Assembly (NCBI GenBank): GCA_963762145.1
Contig: CAVXJS010000021.1
Location: forward strand, 320,001-384,000
From: an uncultured Candidatus Rokubacteria bacterium
GTDB taxonomy: Bacteria > Methylomirabilota > Methylomirabilia > Rokubacteriales > CSP1-6
Length of the DNA: 64,000 bases
Direction: 5' to 3'
This document shows, piece by piece, positions 63,599 through 64,000 of the stretch. The translations under genes and the position numbers were made by a program. The notes beneath the pieces were generated by a model. The model worked only from the letters and a program-made list of their open reading frames with translations, made no database searches and was not told the origin of the DNA. Position 1 is the first letter of the stretch; each line of letters starts with the position of its first letter.

Positions 63599-64000
63599 AG
63601 AGGGTGCGGGGCGGGATGAAGTCGCCGATGATGCCCATCAGGGTGCCGAGCAGCGCCGGGCGACGCTGGAGGAAGCGCGCGGCGGGGTTGGCAAGCCCGC
63701 GGTGTGCGATGACGAGCTGCAGCGCCCGCGTGACGCGCGCCTTGTCCGCGAACGCCGCGCGCCGGGCCCGCGCGTAGGGCGCGAGCGCGCCCGCCGACAC
63801 GTCGCCGGCGGTCAGCGCGGGATGCGCCACCTCCGCGAGCAGCTCCGCGGAGCGCAGCGCGGTGTAGAGCCCCTCGCCGGTGAACGGATCGTAGAAGCCG
63901 GCCGCGTCTCCCGCGAGCAGCACGCCCCCCACGCGCGGCTCCCCCACGCGATACGCGAGCGGCCCCATCGCCATCACCGGCCCCTCGGCCTTCATGCCGG
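63561..64000 (-). CDS. NAD(P)/FAD-dependent oxidoreductase (geranylgeranyl reductase-like), 5' part outside the window
   Basis: LLAGDAAGFYDPFTGEGLYTALRS motif. Confidence 0.85.
   Translation of the reverse strand, partial: GMKAEGPVMAMGPLAYRVGEPRVGGVLLAGDAAGFYDPFTGEGLYTALRSAELLAEVAHPALTAGDVSAGALAPYARARRAAFADKARVTRALQLVIAHRGLANPAARFLQRRPALLGTLMGIIGDFIPPRTLWGQVLHSDISAQ

Overview
A roughly 70% GC bacterial chromosome window with nearly all genes on the minus strand. Gene order and protein style suggest Methylomirabilota/Ca. Rokubacteria or a deltaproteobacterial-like lineage (inference only). From left to right it carries: rpoC(partial)-rpoB-rplL-rplJ-rplA-rplK-nusG-secE-tRNA-Trp-rpmG-tuf-four tRNAs; rlmB-cysS-ispF-ispD-PIN/TRAM-radA-mlaDFE-lipoprotein; hisIE-F-A-H-B-D-G, murA, prmC, prfA, rpmE, rho, SurA-like, mfd, rex; F0 ATP synthase genes (atpE, atpB, atpI, atpZ); an SDR; an Fe3+/polyamine-type ABC transporter; a glycerol/glycerophosphodiester cluster (glpK, glpQ, ugpEAB, glpD, HAD phosphatase); a stand-alone nuoLMN; an M23 peptidase; a Tat-exported PhoX-like phosphatase; and a partial FAD oxidoreductase. 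Clustered frameshifts (about 13-15 kb, 41-47 kb and 50-56 kb) are most likely assembly errors. No CRISPR array, rRNA, integrase or transposase is visible. The strongest unexplained signal is a family of about 30-35 bp micro-palindromic elements (core CGCTCGGCTCGCCTTCGGCTGCACCTCGC, at least 6 copies). It occurs between genes and also translated inside housekeeping proteins (HisF, the HisG tail, probably GlpK), each time in the frame encoding GEPS. One copy has grown by two 21-nt inserts with duplicated flanks, and another is spanned by a gap-filling mini-ORF. Three other REP-like families, a possible ATC-initiated Rho extension, extreme G-ending codon use in tuf and 11-bp phased Pho-box-like repeats are also reported.
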